Assembly (NCBI GenBank): GCA_033762915.1
Contig: JANRLD010000013.1
Location: 1-64,000, forward strand
Reading direction: 5' to 3'
DNA: 64,000 nucleotides
DNA from: Meiothermus sp.
GTDB taxonomy: Bacteria > Deinococcota > Deinococci > Deinococcales > Thermaceae
The position numbers and the translations under genes were made by a program. The notes under the pieces are model-generated. The model was given only the letters and a program-made list of their open reading frames with translations. It searched no databases and had not been told where the DNA came from. Of this stretch, positions 16,944 to 27,052 are shown in pieces. The number at the start of each line of letters is the position of its first letter. Position 1 is the stretch's first letter.

Positions 16944-18962
16944 CTAATCCAATAGCCCCGACCGCTCGAGCAGCGCCCTGGGGCTGGGGTCGCGGCCCAT
17001 GAAGCGGCGGAACATCTCGGCGGGGTCGACGGAGTTGCCCCTGGAGAGGACATTGGCTACGAAGTCCGCGCCGGTCTGGGGGTTGAAGATGCCCTCGCGC
17101 TTGAACCTGGAGAAGGCGTCGGCGTCCAGCACCTCCGACCACTTGTAGGAATAGTAGCCCGAGGCATAGCCGACCGGGGAGCCGAAGAGGTGGGTGAAGC
17201 CGGCCATGAAGCCGTAGGGCTCGGGCAGGCGGGCCGGGTAGAAGGGCTGCATCACCGCCCTGGCGTAGTCCATCAGGTCGCCGTCGGCGGGGCGGTACTG
17301 GTTGTGCAGGGCCAGGTCTACCGTGCCGAAGGAGAGCTGGCGCATCCCGGAGCTGGCGGCCCAGTGGTTGCGGGCCGAGATCATGGCCTGGTAGAGCGCC
17401 TCGGGGATCGGTTCGCCAGTCTGGTAGTGGCGGGCAAACATGTCCAACGACTCGCGCTCCCAGCACCAGTTCTCGAGGATCTGGCTGGGCAGCTCGACGA
17501 AATCCCAGGCCACCTCGAGGCCGCCTAGGCTGCGCACCTCCACGTCGGAGAGGGCCAGGTGCAGCAGGTGGCCGAACTCGTGGAAGAGGGTCTGCACCTC
17601 GTCGTGGGTGAGCAGGGCGGGCCGGTCGCCGATGGGGGCGGTCATGTTGCCGCACATCAGGCCCAGGTGGGGCTCCTGCCTCCCGCTCGAGCGGTCGCCG
17701 ACGATGAAGTAGTTCATCCAGGCCCCGCCGCGCTTGGTCTCTCTAGGGTGCCAGTCGGTGAAGAAGCGGCAGATCATCCGTCCCTGCCGCACGATCTCGT
17801 AGACCCGCACCTCGGGGTGCCAGACCGCCACGCCCGCCGCCTCGCGCACCTCGAAATCGAAGACCCGCCCGAAGATCTCAAACATCCCGCGCAGCACCTG
17901 GGGCAGCGGCAGGTAGGGGCGCAGCAGCTCGTCGTTGAAGTCGTGCAGGGCCTTGCGTTGACGCTCCACCCAGTAGCCCACGTCCCAGGCCTCGAGTGGC
18001 CGTCCGGCGAAGCGCTCGAGTTCGGCCGCCTCGCGCTTGAAGTGGGGCTCGTAGGCCAGCCGCATGTCCATCTCGAACTTGAGGGCGGCCTCGGCCTTGC
18101 CCGCCATGCGGTCCTCCAGGACGTAGTCGCCGTAGTTGGGGTAGCCCAGCAGCTCGGCCTTCTCCTGGCGCAGGGCCAGGATCTCGGCGATCAGGGGGCG
18201 GTTGTCGCGGCCCTCCTCGGTGGCGCGGGAGTTGTAGGCCAGGTAGAACAGCTTGCGGATTTCGGCGTTGTCCAGGTAGGTCATCACCGGGATATAGCTG
18301 GGCTGTTGCAGGGTGAAGCGGTAGCCGGTTTTCCCTTTAGACTGCGCGCTCTGTGCCGCGGCCTCCAGGGCGCTGGAGGGCAGCCCCGCCACCTGGGCCT
18401 CGTCGAGGTAGATTTCCCAGTCCGCCACCGAGTCGGTGACGTTCTGGCGGAACTTGGTGCAGACCTCGGAGAGGCGGGTGTTGAGTGCCTCGAGCCGCTC
18501 CTTATTCTCCGGGGGCAGGTCGGCCCCCTGGCGGCGGAAGTCGTCGAGCCGCAGCTTGAGGAAGCGCCGGCGGGCCGGGCTGAGGGTCTGGGCCTCGGGG
18601 GTGGCGGCGTAGTCCTTGAGGGCCCGGTAGAGCCCCTCGGAGATCTCGAGCCGGGTGCCGAAGGCCGAGACCTTGGGCAGCACGCGGTTGTAGGCCGCGC
18701 GCAACTCGGGGTGGGTGACGACTCCTTCGAGGTGGCTGACGATCCCGAAGGCGTACCACAGCCCCCGGCCCAGCTCGTCGAGTGCGCCGAGGGTGTTGGC
18801 GTAGGTGCGCGGTCCCTGCACGCCGATGATGGCCTCGAGCCCGGCCTCGGCCTCGGCAATGAGCTGATCTATGGCGGGCTCGACGTGCTCGGGCCTGATC
18901 TGGTCGAATGGAATGTCGAACTGGATTGAGGTTAAGGGGTTGGGCGCTAAAGCGTTGGACAC
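16944..18962 (-). CDS. prlC: Oligopeptidase A (M3A metallopeptidase)
   Basis: FHEFGHLLH, WDFVELPSQILENW, GYYSYKWSEVLDADAF, KRGGAWM. Confidence 0.93.
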   Translation of the reverse strand: MSNALAPNPLTSIQFDIPFDQIRPEHVEPAIDQLIAEAEAGLEAIIGVQGPRTYANTLGALDELGRGLWYAFGIVSHLEGVVTHPELRAAYNRVLPKVSAFGTRLEISEGLYRALKDYAATPEAQTLSPARRRFLKLRLDDFRRQGADLPPENKERLEALNTRLSEVCTKFRQNVTDSVADWEIYLDEAQVAGLPSSALEAAAQSAQSKGKTGYRFTLQQPSYIPVMTYLDNAEIRKLFYLAYNSRATEEGRDNRPLIAEILALRQEKAELLGYPNYGDYVLEDRMAGKAEAALKFEMDMRLAYEPHFKREAAELERFAGRPLEAWDVGYWVERQRKALHDFNDELLRPYLPLPQVLRGMFEIFGRVFDFEVREAAGVAVWHPEVRVYEIVRQGRMICRFFTDWHPRETKRGGAWMNYFIVGDRSSGRQEPHLGLMCGNMTAPIGDRPALLTHDEVQTLFHEFGHLLHLALSDVEVRSLGGLEVAWDFVELPSQILENWCWERESLDMFARHYQTGEPIPEALYQAMISARNHWAASSGMRQLSFGTVDLALHNQYRPADGDLMDYARAVMQPFYPARLPEPYGFMAGFTHLFGSPVGYASGYYSYKWSEVLDADAFSRFKREGIFNPQTGADFVANVLSRGNSVDPAEMFRRFMGRDPSPRALLERSGLLD

Positions 18963-19070
18963 GCCCTTAAGTATACGAGCGCGGAGGCGCTGGCTTGGTG
19001 ACTCTGACCGTGAATCTCAGGATCAGTGTTATCCACTGTGGGGTGCGGCCGGCCTGGGTAGAATCCCCCT

Positions 19071-19859
19071 GTGGACGCCGAACTCGAGCAGTTTCTGGCC
19101 CAGACCGGGCGCACCTACCGCTACCTCCTAAAGACCGACTCGAGCCAGAACCAGGCCCGCAACCTGGCCGCCGAGGGTGCTGCGGAGGGCGCGATTGTGG
19201 TCGCCGAGGCCCAGACGGCCGGGCGGGGGCGGCTGGGGCGGCCCTGGCGGTCGGCCCCGCGGGCCTCGCTGACTTTCTCGCTGCTGTTGCGGCCGGGGTT
19301 CGCGGGCGAGCGCCTACCGCTGATCTCCTTCGCGGCGGCAGTGGCGCTGCGCGAGGCGGTGGGGGTGGGTGGCTTGAAGTGGCCCAACGACCTACTCTCG
19401 CCCCCCGGCCCCCTCCCCGAAGGCGCGAATCCCGCAGCGGGGGAGGGCGGAAGGTGTAAAAAACTGGCGGGGATCTTGGTCGAGGCGGCCTTTCAGCCCG
19501 ACGGCGTGGTGGCGGTGCTGGGCATCGGGCTGAACGTGAAGAATCCTGTTCCCGAAGGGGCGGCGGCCCTCGAGGACTATTCCAGCCTGTCCCGCGCCCA
19601 AGCCCTGGGGCGCTTCCTCGAGCACTTCGACCGCCGCTACCTGAGCCTGAACCGGGGCGGGGAGGAGGTGCTGGGGGCCTGGCGTGGCTACAGCTACACG
19701 CTGGGGCAAAGGGTGCGGGTGCGGACGCCGCAGGGGGAACTCGAGGGGCTCGCGGTGTCCCTAGGCGCGGACGGTTCGCTTTTGGTAGAGTCTGGGGGCG
19801 AGAAGAAGGCGGTCTCGGTCGGAGAGGTTTCGCTGATCGGGACGCTCGAGAAGCTATAG
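19071..19859 (+). CDS. birA: Biotin-protein ligase (class I, no HTH)
   Basis: QTAGRGRLGR.W, KWPND, KLAGIL, GIGLNV; TAGAAT-6nt-GTG. Confidence 0.93.
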   Translation: MDAELEQFLAQTGRTYRYLLKTDSSQNQARNLAAEGAAEGAIVVAEAQTAGRGRLGRPWRSAPRASLTFSLLLRPGFAGERLPLISFAAAVALREAVGVGGLKWPNDLLSPPGPLPEGANPAAGEGGRCKKLAGILVEAAFQPDGVVAVLGIGLNVKNPVPEGAAALEDYSSLSRAQALGRFLEHFDRRYLSLNRGGEEVLGAWRGYSYTLGQRVRVRTPQGELEGLAVSLGADGSLLVESGGEKKAVSVGEVSLIGTLEKL

Positions 19860-19869
19860 GAGGCACCGT

Positions 19870-20472
19870 ATGAACCCCACCCAGAGCCTGGCCTTCCTGC
19901 CCCTGTCCAAGAGACTCTTTCCGGCCCGCAGCCTGACCCGCGACCTGCTGTTGGTACTGGCCGGGAGCCTGTTCATCGGCCTGCTGGCCCAGCCCGAGAT
20001 CAAGCTGCCGTTCTCGCCCGTGCCCCTCACCCTCCAGACCCTTGGCGTGCTGCTGGTGGGCGCGGTGCTGGGCAGCCGACTGGGCTTCCTGGCGGGGGTG
20101 GCGTACTTGCTCGAGGGCTTCGTGCTGCCGGTGTTTGCGGGCGGGGCCACCTGGGCCAACCCGCGCATCCCGTTCACCGCCGGTTTCCTGTTGGCCTTCC
20201 CGCTGGCTATGTGGCTGGTCGGCTACCTGGTCGAGCGCTACGGGCTGGATCGCAACCCCCTTAAGACCCTGGGGGCGATGGTGCTGGCCAATGTGCTGAT
20301 ATACCTGATCGGCCTGCCGGTGCTGGGCAACGCGCTGGCCGGGATCGGCAGGGGCGTCGACTTCTCCGGGCTGCTGGCTGTGGGGATGACCCCCTACCTG
20401 TTGGGCGACCTGGCCAAGGCGCTGGTGGCGGCGGCGCTGCTGCCGCTGGCCTGGCGCTTCGTGAAGCGATGA
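19870..20472 (+). CDS. bioY: Biotin ECF transporter S component
   Basis: PVPLTLQTLGV, LPVFAGG, GDLAK; follows birA. Confidence 0.93.
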   Translation: MNPTQSLAFLPLSKRLFPARSLTRDLLLVLAGSLFIGLLAQPEIKLPFSPVPLTLQTLGVLLVGAVLGSRLGFLAGVAYLLEGFVLPVFAGGATWANPRIPFTAGFLLAFPLAMWLVGYLVERYGLDRNPLKTLGAMVLANVLIYLIGLPVLGNALAGIGRGVDFSGLLAVGMTPYLLGDLAKALVAAALLPLAWRFVKR

Positions 20473-21455
20473 GCCACAGGGCAACAGCCATAGCTCCCTC
20501 GAGGTCTGGGGGAGTTTTGTTTTGGCTCTCGCTGCTGAATCTGGGGTTGCTGTTGGCGCTCTGGTGGTCGCACCTCAACTTGTCCGAGGGCCGCTACTGG
20601 CTGGCGACGCTGGCCGCCTACATCCCGCAGCACCCGTACGGGATTCCCGCCGGGCTGCTGCTGCTGGGGGCGCTGTGGCGAAGGACCCCTGGGGCTGTCG
20701 CGCTTAACCTGTTCGCACTGGGCTTCTGGCTGTTGGCCTTAATGGGCTTTGCGCTCCCCAAGCCCGCTGCGTCGGGCAGCCCGGCCCTCCGCCTCATGAG
20801 CTACAACGTCCGCCTGGACAACGCCGACAAGGTGGGGCGGATCGCCCAGGCCATCCGGGCCGAGCGGCCCGACGCGCTGTGCATGTCCGAGGTTTTCGAC
20901 TGGGGTGCACAGCAGCTGAGCCGTGAGTTTCCCGGCTGGTACTGGCGGCAGGCCAGAGAGGTGGCGATATTCTCGAGACACCCCCTCCAGAACGTGGTCG
21001 TCCGACCGATGCCGGGAAACCCGCGCCAGATACTCGAGGCCGACCTGGTGATCGGTGACCGCCGCCTCAAGCTGGTCTGCGTGCACCAGATCGCCGCCAC
21101 CCTGATTGACCGGCGTACCCGCCGCCCGCGCTTCGACACCTTCCTGGCCGAGGACCGGGTGCGCGACGACACCACCCGGTTGCTGCTGAACGTCGCCGCC
21201 CAGAGCCAACATCCCGTGGCCGTCGCGGGCGACTTTAACACCCCGCCCAGGGTGGGCGTCTACCGCACCATGCAGGCCCAAATGACCGATGTGTGGGCGG
21301 CTCGAGGCTTCGGCCTGGGGTTCACCTACTCCTCCTCGAGGCCGCTGCTGCGCATCGACTACATCTGGACCAAGGGCCTCGGGGCGGGCCGGGTGTGGGT
21401 GCCGCGGACCGGGGCCTCCGACCACTTCCCGCTGGTGGCGGATCTGGTTTGGTAG
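20469..21455 (+). CDS. Membrane-anchored endonuclease/exonuclease/phosphatase (EEP) family protein
   Basis: MSYNV, AGDFNTP, RIDYIW, SDHFPL; N-terminal TM helices; ATGA overlap with bioY. Confidence 0.9.
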   Translation: MSHRATAIAPSRSGGVLFWLSLLNLGLLLALWWSHLNLSEGRYWLATLAAYIPQHPYGIPAGLLLLGALWRRTPGAVALNLFALGFWLLALMGFALPKPAASGSPALRLMSYNVRLDNADKVGRIAQAIRAERPDALCMSEVFDWGAQQLSREFPGWYWRQAREVAIFSRHPLQNVVVRPMPGNPRQILEADLVIGDRRLKLVCVHQIAATLIDRRTRRPRFDTFLAEDRVRDDTTRLLLNVAAQSQHPVAVAGDFNTPPRVGVYRTMQAQMTDVWAARGFGLGFTYSSSRPLLRIDYIWTKGLGAGRVWVPRTGASDHFPLVADLVW

Positions 21456-21622
21456 GCGCCCGGGTTGGGCCGCGGCGAGTTCGCGGGGTCCTCGAGGTGG
21501 CTCGTGCGGAGTTCGGCCGGTGGGCGCAGCCCCCAAGGCCTGGCGGGCCGGCTTCCTGGCGTTGTCGTGCGGACCCTTATCCGCCTTTTGTTTCTTTCAC
21601 AACTTCCCCGTAAGCTCGTGCC

Positions 21623-22702
21623 ATGAGGCGTCTGTTGTTGCTGCTGGTCTTGGGGACAGGAATTGCCGTCGCCCAGGCTGTGCATACCGTAAAGGCGGGC
21701 GAGAATCTGTACCGCATCTCGCTGCGCTACGGCACCACCGTCGAGGCGCTGATGAGGCTGAACGGGATTGGCGACGCGGCCCAGCTCAGGGTCGGGCAGG
21801 TCTTGCGGGTCCCCGGTCCAGCCGCCGGCAGTGTCGTGGCCCCCAGGCCCCCCTCGAGCTGGCCCCCCAACCCCCGCGACCCCCAGCTCAACATCCCCCC
21901 CGCGAACGCCCCGGTCAACCGCCGCACCGAAAACCTGCCGATTCCGCTGCTGGCGCTCGAGTGGCCCGCGTCGGTCGTGCAGGGCAACCTGGCGCTGGTG
22001 CGCCTCCGCTCGCCGCAGGCCATCGAGGGGCAGGTCAGCTTCCTGGGAAAGTCCTACGCCATCAACCAGAACCGTGTGCTGCTGCCTGTCCCGGCCCTAC
22101 AACCTCCGGGCATGCACCCCGTAACCTTCACCCTCTCCGGCACGCTGGTGCGCCTCGACCTGCGGGTGGTGGCGGGCCGCTTCGGTCGCTTCGTGCTGCA
22201 ACTTCCGCCCGAGCGGCGGGCCTTGCTACAGCCCGACCGGCTGCGCTCGGAGCGCCTGCGGGTGATCGGGGTCTGTCAGCCCAGCCGCCCCCAGCAGTGG
22301 AGGGGCAACTTCCGCCGCCCCGTGGAGTCCACCCGCGTCACCGACCCCTTCGGCACCCGCCGCAGCTACGACCTGGGCGCCTCCTACTCCTTCCACGAGG
22401 GCATTGACTACGGCATCCCGGTGGGCAGCGCCGTGCGCGCCCCCGCGCCGGGCGTGGTGGTGCTGGCCGAGAAGCTGTTCGTGCGCGGCAACGGGGTAGT
22501 GGTGGATCACGGAGGCGGCGTGTGCAGCGGCTACTGGCACAACTCGAGCATCCTGGTAAAGGTCGGCCAGAGGGTCGAAACCGGCGACCTCTTGGCCCTC
22601 TCCGGCAACACCGGCCTCTCCAACGGCCCCCACTCCCACTTCGAGATCCGCGTGGCGGGGATTCCGACCAACCCGGCGGTCTGGTATTTCAGCGCGCCTT
22701 AA
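21623..22702 (+). CDS. Secreted LysM + M23 metallopeptidase
   Basis: Signal peptide; HTVKAGENLYRISLRYG LysM; HEGID and HSHFE M23 motifs. Confidence 0.93.
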   Translation: MRRLLLLLVLGTGIAVAQAVHTVKAGENLYRISLRYGTTVEALMRLNGIGDAAQLRVGQVLRVPGPAAGSVVAPRPPSSWPPNPRDPQLNIPPANAPVNRRTENLPIPLLALEWPASVVQGNLALVRLRSPQAIEGQVSFLGKSYAINQNRVLLPVPALQPPGMHPVTFTLSGTLVRLDLRVVAGRFGRFVLQLPPERRALLQPDRLRSERLRVIGVCQPSRPQQWRGNFRRPVESTRVTDPFGTRRSYDLGASYSFHEGIDYGIPVGSAVRAPAPGVVVLAEKLFVRGNGVVVDHGGGVCSGYWHNSSILVKVGQRVETGDLLALSGNTGLSNGPHSHFEIRVAGIPTNPAVWYFSAP

Positions 22703-22753
22703 GACCAGGGGAAAGTAAGGCCAAAGGCTTTGGGTCTTCCTTTTCCGTGCCGT

Positions 22754-23614
22754 TCAAAGCTCGAGCGCGTACGTCACCACCGCTTCGTTCCCCGTGAACC
22801 CCAGCCGCTTGTACAGCTCCTGGGCGGCCTTCTCGTGGTCGTGGGCGCGGACGCGGAGGGTGGAGACCTCGGGGTGGGCGAAGGCGTGCTCGGCGGCGGC
22901 CCCCAGCAGGGCGCGGCCCACGCCCTTGCCCCTGGCCTCGGGCACCACGCCGATGTAGGCCACCTCGGCGGCCCCGTCCTCGAACTCGATCTCGGCCATT
23001 CCCACGGCATCCTTGCCCTTGAACGCCATCAGCAGGTCGCAGTCGGAGCCGACAAAGTGCTGGCGCAGGGCGTCGTCGTCCCAGCCCAAGCGCAGGCTGC
23101 GGTTGTCGCTGGAGCGGCTGTAGATGTCGCGGTACGCCTCGGGATTAACCGGCTCGGCGAACTTGATGCGGTAGCCCTTAGGCACCGGATAGGCCAGGTC
23201 GCTGCGGGGGATGCTGTAGAAGTAGGTGGTGTGCTCCGGGCTAAAGCCTTTGGCCTCGAGCAATTGCCGGGCGTATTTGTTCGACGCCTCCGGGAAGGCG
23301 TATAGGGTCGGGTAGCCCTCGGCCCTGGCCTCCTTGATGAGGTGTTCCAGCAGTGCCCCGCCGTCGCCTCCGCGGACCACCGGCCCCTCGAGGGCCGCCC
23401 CGTCCCAGAAGGGCACCAGCGAGGCGTAGCCCTGCACCCGGCCCCCCTCGAGCCAGACCCAGGCTTGGTCCTCCTCGCCCGCCATGACCTCCCACCACAG
23501 CCCCTCGGGGGTGCGGGCTTCGGGGGCCAGGCTGCGGCGCTCGGGCTGCTCGTCCATCCAGACAAACAGCTCGGCGAGTTGGGAGAGATGGCTTTGCGCT
23601 ACGGGCCGGTTCAT
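22754..23614 (-). CDS. Tandem-GNAT acetyltransferase (MshD-like architecture)
   Basis: IGVVPEARGKGVGRALL, LYKRLGF; GGAGG RBS before ATG 23614. Confidence 0.85.
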   Translation of the reverse strand: MNRPVAQSHLSQLAELFVWMDEQPERRSLAPEARTPEGLWWEVMAGEEDQAWVWLEGGRVQGYASLVPFWDGAALEGPVVRGGDGGALLEHLIKEARAEGYPTLYAFPEASNKYARQLLEAKGFSPEHTTYFYSIPRSDLAYPVPKGYRIKFAEPVNPEAYRDIYSRSSDNRSLRLGWDDDALRQHFVGSDCDLLMAFKGKDAVGMAEIEFEDGAAEVAYIGVVPEARGKGVGRALLGAAAEHAFAHPEVSTLRVRAHDHEKAAQELYKRLGFTGNEAVVTYALEL

Positions 23615-23846
23615 ACAAGAAACCTCCGTGTTCAAACTCGAGGGCAGGTGGTGTTAGGGGCATTGTAGCAAAAGGGGGAGGGACAGAAGGCAGGGGAAAA
23701 AGGGAGAGGAGCGCGGGGCACATGCGTGGTTTCGAGGTTCGCAGGTACCGGCGGGGCACCGGGGAAGCCGGGCACAAGGTTGGGGCTAGGCGTCGGCGCC
23801 TTTTCTCGTCCTACCGTCCGGGGCGGTATACTTCCCTCACAAGACA

Positions 23847-24749
23847 ATGACCAGGCCTGTGATTTTCGTCGTCAACCCTGCCGCCGGGCGCGGGCGGGTG
23901 GGGGGGATGGTGGGACGCCTCGAGGCCATCCTCGCCAAAACCGGCCAGCCTTACCGTCTTGTCCTGACCCAGGCTCCGGGGCACGGGGTCGAGGTCGCCC
24001 GGCAGGCCCCAGAGGGCAGCCGGGTGGTGGCGGTCGGGGGGGACGGGACGGTGCACGAGGTCGTCCGGGGTCTGGCGGGGCTGGGCCCTGGCTCGGACAA
24101 GGCGGTGGGGGTGGTGCCGGTAGGGAGCGGCAACGACTTCGCCCGGATGCTGGGGCTTCGTAACTTAACCCTCGAGGCTGCCGTCCACACCGCTTTCTCA
24201 GGCCGGGTGCGCCCGATTGACCTGGGGATGGTGAACGGGCGGCCCTTTGCGGGCAGTTTGGGGATCGGGTTCGACGCCGAGGTGGCCCAAAAAGCCCTCA
24301 CCGCGCCGCCCCTGCTGACTGGCCTGCCGCGCTACTTGTACTCGATCTTCGGCGTACTGAGCGGGCTATCGCTGCCCACCCTGAGTCTGCGCTCAAGCGG
24401 GGCTACCCTCCACCAGGGCAAGGCCCTTATGGTGGCCCTGATGAACGGTCGCACCTACGGGGGCGGGATTCCGGTGGTGCCGGGGGCCAAATTCGACGAT
24501 GGGCTGATCTCGGGGGTGGTGGCGGGGGAGTTCGGGCGGCTGGGGGTGCTGGGGATCCTGCCGCGGCTGCTCCGAGGCACCCACGTCGGCGACCCCAGGG
24601 TGCGCCTCTTTGAGGGCACGGATTTCGTCCTGGACTTTGATCGGCCGGTCCCGGCGCAGGCCGACGGGGAGGCGCTGGGGAGCGCCCAGACCTACCGCGT
24701 CGGGCTGATTCCGGCCGGGCTGCGCGTGATAGAATTCAGCCCGCTCTAA
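23847..24749 (+). CDS. Diacylglycerol/lipid kinase family protein (YegS/DagK)
   Basis: VNPAAG, GGDGT, PVGSGNDFA, GIGFDA, QADGE. Confidence 0.93.
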   Translation: MTRPVIFVVNPAAGRGRVGGMVGRLEAILAKTGQPYRLVLTQAPGHGVEVARQAPEGSRVVAVGGDGTVHEVVRGLAGLGPGSDKAVGVVPVGSGNDFARMLGLRNLTLEAAVHTAFSGRVRPIDLGMVNGRPFAGSLGIGFDAEVAQKALTAPPLLTGLPRYLYSIFGVLSGLSLPTLSLRSSGATLHQGKALMVALMNGRTYGGGIPVVPGAKFDDGLISGVVAGEFGRLGVLGILPRLLRGTHVGDPRVRLFEGTDFVLDFDRPVPAQADGEALGSAQTYRVGLIPAGLRVIEFSPL

Positions 24750-24859
24750 CCCGGCACTCAGCCCCTGGGGCGAGTAACAAATTCATAACGCGAAGCTTAA
24801 CAGGGTCATGGTGACGAATAACCCAGGCCCCGCGCATGGCCTCGATAGAGTAAGGGGCA

Positions 24860-26908
24860 GTGGACACGGCAGCGTTGTTTACAACTGCTCGAGATCGGAA
24901 AGGAGCTGCGTTGAACGAAGTAAGCTGGAAGCTATTCGCGCCCCTATCCATCGAGGGCTCGACCTTGCTGATCGAGCATCAGGACTTGCCTGAGGGGATG
25001 GCGGTGCGTCTAGGCGGCGTGGGGGGGGTGGTGCTTAAGCCCCAGGAAGCCCAGGAGTTGCTGCTTAACCTGCTTACCGGCGAGTCGTGGGTCAGCAGCC
25101 GCCTGGTCTGGGCGGCCCCGCGCCTGCACATCAATCAACGCGGTTATAACCTGAACGAACGGGCCAAGCTCGCACTTATCGAAGCCTTGCAGTCGCTGCT
25201 GGTGGAGTCGCAGGGTGTGGCGGTCAACCCCATGCCCAAGGAGAGCTGGCAGCGCTCGGTGCTCGAGATCGCCCAACTCCACTTCAGTACCCCCGAGGAG
25301 GCCCTGCCCAAGCTGGGCGAGATCCTGATCGGACTGGGCCTCAAGGGCGTTGGGCTGTGGCTGCGCGGCGAGAACGAGCGTACCCTCAAGCTGGTGGGCC
25401 TCTACCCCGAAGGCCCGGCCCCCGCCGAGAGCTTCAGCCCCGAGCGCCACCCGGTTTACTACCAGGTCCTGGAGCGCAACCTGATCGTGGCGGCCGAGGA
25501 CGCCCGTCAGGACGCCCGCATGGTCGAGCTGCGCGAGGTCTTGCAGGCGCGCGGCCTGGGGGCGGTGCTCCAGGTGGTGATGCACAACGAGAACGGCCTG
25601 CGCGGGGTGGTCTGGCTCGAGAGCCTCCAGCCGCGCCGCTGGAACGCCTCCGATGAGTCGTTGGGCCTGGCCATCGTACAGGTCATCGAGCGCATCCTGC
25701 GCCCACTCCAGGAGGCCCCCAAACTCCCCACCAGCCCCGAGCGCAAGTCGCTCACCGTCAAGCGGGCCGATTTCGAGGTCAACCTGACCCAAGCCGTGGC
25801 CCTGGCCCAGCGCCACGAGCGCACCATGTCGCTGATGCGCATCCGCGTGGAGGGCATCACCAAGGCCCAGACCGAGACCGCCGCCCGCGAGATCGCCCAC
25901 ACCCTGCGCCAGTCCGACTCGCTCAGCTACCTCGGCGACAGCGGCTTTGCCCTGCTGCTGTCCGAGGTGCGCTTCACGGCGGGGGCCTCGAGGGTGGCCC
26001 ACCGCCTGCTCCAGCGCCTCCGCGCCGCCCTGCCTGGCACCAAGGTGGGCATCGGCATCGCCATGTACCCCCAGGACTCCACCACCGTGGAGGGGCTGTG
26101 GGCCCAGGCCGAGCAGGCCTGTCACTCAGCCCTCGAGGGCGGCGGCATCCGCCTGCTCACCCCCGGTGCGGTCGAGTTGCAAGAGGCCATCGCCCACAAC
26201 GACCTGACCCTGCACTTCCAGCCGGTCTTCGACCTGCGCGACCTCGAGCTGGTCTCGGTCGAGGCCCTGGCCAGATGGCCCAAGCCCAAGGGGATGCACC
26301 AAGCTGGCGACTTTATCCCCCTGGCCGAGCAGGTCGGCCTGATGAGTGCCCAGGACAAGTGGGCCATGGAGCGCGTCCTCGAGCAGGCCGCCCTCTGGAA
26401 GCCCTCCGGCGTCAACGCCCGCTTCTCGGTCAACATCTCCTCCGAGATTCTGATCGACCCCAACTTCCCCACCTACCTGCAAGAGATGCTCTCGGCCCGC
26501 AGCCTCCCCGCCGACATCCTGATCCTGGAGATGCGCGAGGAGAGCATCCTGGCCGACTTCGACACCACCGGTCGCAGCCTCGAGATCCTCAAGCATCTGG
26601 GCGTGGGCATCGCCCTGGACAACTTCGGCACCAACCCCCTGCCCCTGACCCAGCTCAAGCGCCTCCCCCTGGACTGGATCAAGATGGCCCCCGCCCTCAG
26701 CTCCAGCGAGAACGCGGGCCTGGCCAAGGCCGCCATCGAGATGATCCACGCTGTGGGCACCAAGGCGGTGGCCAAGGGCCTCGAGGAGCAGTCCCAGCTC
26801 AACCGCATGAAGGAACTCGGGGCCGACTACGGCCAGGGCCACATCCTGGGCTGGCCGGTGCCCTCGGAAGACCTGGGGGCGCTGCTGGTGTGGGGGATTG
26901 GGTCGTAG
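24860..26908 (+). CDS. GAF - degenerate GGDEF - degenerate EAL protein
   Basis: GAF (RRWNASDE); RQSD-x5-GDSGF; FQPVFDL, EALARW, DNFG, AKGLE, GQGH. Confidence 0.88.
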   Translation: MDTAALFTTARDRKGAALNEVSWKLFAPLSIEGSTLLIEHQDLPEGMAVRLGGVGGVVLKPQEAQELLLNLLTGESWVSSRLVWAAPRLHINQRGYNLNERAKLALIEALQSLLVESQGVAVNPMPKESWQRSVLEIAQLHFSTPEEALPKLGEILIGLGLKGVGLWLRGENERTLKLVGLYPEGPAPAESFSPERHPVYYQVLERNLIVAAEDARQDARMVELREVLQARGLGAVLQVVMHNENGLRGVVWLESLQPRRWNASDESLGLAIVQVIERILRPLQEAPKLPTSPERKSLTVKRADFEVNLTQAVALAQRHERTMSLMRIRVEGITKAQTETAAREIAHTLRQSDSLSYLGDSGFALLLSEVRFTAGASRVAHRLLQRLRAALPGTKVGIGIAMYPQDSTTVEGLWAQAEQACHSALEGGGIRLLTPGAVELQEAIAHNDLTLHFQPVFDLRDLELVSVEALARWPKPKGMHQAGDFIPLAEQVGLMSAQDKWAMERVLEQAALWKPSGVNARFSVNISSEILIDPNFPTYLQEMLSARSLPADILILEMREESILADFDTTGRSLEILKHLGVGIALDNFGTNPLPLTQLKRLPLDWIKMAPALSSSENAGLAKAAIEMIHAVGTKAVAKGLEEQSQLNRMKELGADYGQGHILGWPVPSEDLGALLVWGIGS

Positions 26909-26936
26909 AGGCGAGGAAAGCGGAAAGAGAAAACAA

Positions 26937-26970
26937 GCCGAAGGCCGGAGGTTGGCCTTCGGTTTTTTGT
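26937..26970 (+). terminator. Rho-independent terminator
   Basis: GCCGAAGGCC-GGAGGTT-GGCCTTCGGT followed by TTTTTGT, 28 nt after stop. Confidence 0.8.
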
Positions 26971-26988
26971 TGGGCCTCGAGGTTTACT

Positions 26989-27015
26989 GTAGGGGCGGTG
27001 CCTTGTGCCTGCCCT
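26989..27015 (+). repeat. GTAG-family REP
   Basis: GTAGGGGCGGTGCCTTGTGCCTGCCCT: GTAG plus imperfect palindrome. Confidence 0.6.
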
Positions 27016-27052
27016 TCCTCCCGCAACGCAGAGAATATGGACGCGTGCCTTG

